DNA from: Ilumatobacteraceae bacterium
Lineage (GTDB): Bacteria; Actinomycetota; Acidimicrobiia; Acidimicrobiales; Ilumatobacteraceae
DNA: 64,000 nt
Direction of reading: 5' to 3'
Assembly: GCA_021299715.1 (NCBI GenBank)
Contig: JAJTEL010000005.1
Span: 42,955 to 106,954 of the forward strand
In this document: positions 63,392 to 64,000 of the stretch, piece by piece
Position numbering within the stretch: position 1 is the first letter of the stretch
Layout: each line of letters opens with the position of its first letter
Notes under the pieces: generated by a model
The model's database searches: none
Told to the model about the DNA's origin: nothing
Seen by the model: only the letters and a program-made list of their open reading frames with translations
Program-made: the position numbers and the translations under genes

Positions 63392-64000
63392 TTAACCCTG
63401 CACGCACACGTTTGTGGTGGTGCCAATTCCGTCAATTGTTGACACCAAAACATCGCCAGGCTGTAGAAACACGGGCGGCTTGCGCGAGACACCGACTCCA
63501 CCGGGGGTACCAGTGAAAATGACATCACCAGGTAGCAACTGAACAATTCCTGACAAATACGAAATAATGTCCGACACACTGAAGATGAGGTCGTCGGTTG
63601 TGGTGTCTTGCACCACTTCACCATTCAAGGTGCATGTCATGTGCAGAGCATCACGTTGTGTTACGGCTTGTGCGTCAACAAGCCATGGACCAAAGGGAGA
63701 GTAATTCTTGCGACTCTTTCCCAAACTGAATTGTGGTGGCTGGCTAGCGAACTGAAGTTGACGATCTGAAATGTCTTGACCAACGGCAATGCCTGCAACA
63801 TGATTCCACGCGTCCGCCTGGGCAATGTCTCGACCACCGTCAGAGATAACAACAACGAGTTCTACTTCCCAGTCCACTGATTTTCCGTAGAGAGGAATAT
63901 CGGCATTTCCATGAGCGACAGATGATGAGTACTTCGTAAAAGTGAGCGGCGACTTTGGAATCTCCATTCCGCTTTCTTCCGCATGTGAGCGGTAGTTCAA
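63392..64000 (-). CDS. Fumarylacetoacetate hydrolase (FAH) family protein, N-terminus beyond right window edge
   Basis: GDVIFTGTPGGVG and VELVVVI blocks. The reading frame is open to position 64000. Confidence 0.8.
   Translation of the reverse strand: MNYRSHAEESGMEIPKSPLTFTKYSSSVAHGNADIPLYGKSVDWEVELVVVISDGGRDIAQADAWNHVAGIAVGQDISDRQLQFASQPPQFSLGKSRKNYSPFGPWLVDAQAVTQRDALHMTCTLNGEVVQDTTTDDLIFSVSDIISYLSGIVQLLPGDVIFTGTPGGVGVSRKPPVFLQPGDVLVSTIDGIGTTTNVCVQG

Noticed and set aside
1-64000. Prophage, IS element or integrative-element genes
   Set aside because: No integrase, transposase, recombinase, capsid, terminase or conjugation-relaxase-like ORF was recognisable in any frame. The only mobility signature is the tRNA-derived direct repeat.

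Overview
This is a 64-kb chromosomal segment from an actinobacterium (Actinomycetota). The assignment rests on a conserved topA-tmk-holB block, a SigH/RshA-type ECF sigma plus ZAS anti-sigma pair, an actinobacterial Tad/Flp-like locus with a BldG-like STAS gene, an MMPL transporter and a SigB-like sigma factor. GC is moderate: hand counts of a few 60-nt lines gave 43-55%.

The segment is very compact, about 97% coding under my gene models. Same-strand genes often overlap by 4 nt (ATGA/GTGA), and six convergent gene pairs share overlapping stop codons. I call about 68 CDS and one tRNA-Thr(CGU). I saw no rRNA, CRISPR array, transposase, integrase or prophage genes.

The supplied ORF track misses one long gene at the left edge (1-1937, minus strand) because its stop lies outside the window.

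Content runs from housekeeping genes (tilS, topA, tmk, holB, rsgA, PPIase, sigma factors) to accessory metabolism: two alpha/beta-hydrolase plus sulfatase pairs, a GH78 rhamnosidase, a P450 cluster, an amino-acid ABC transporter and several surface proteins with Thr-rich linkers.

I cannot show that a new system is present. The best candidates for follow-up are:
1. An uncharacterised two-gene operon at 44706-46826, with a 493-aa protein carrying a coiled coil and a RelE/ParE-like C-terminal motif.
2. A single-gene GH78 cassette bracketed by a 24-nt direct repeat of the tRNA-Thr 3' end (14284-16817).
3. A tandemly duplicated, His/Gly-motif secreted protein divergent from a two-component system (28755-29696).
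4. An orphan BldG-like STAS protein whose phospho-Ser position is Asp, sitting at the end of a Tad locus with a fused TadB/TadC.
5. A frameshifted LamG surface-protein gene (shift within 13028-13047).
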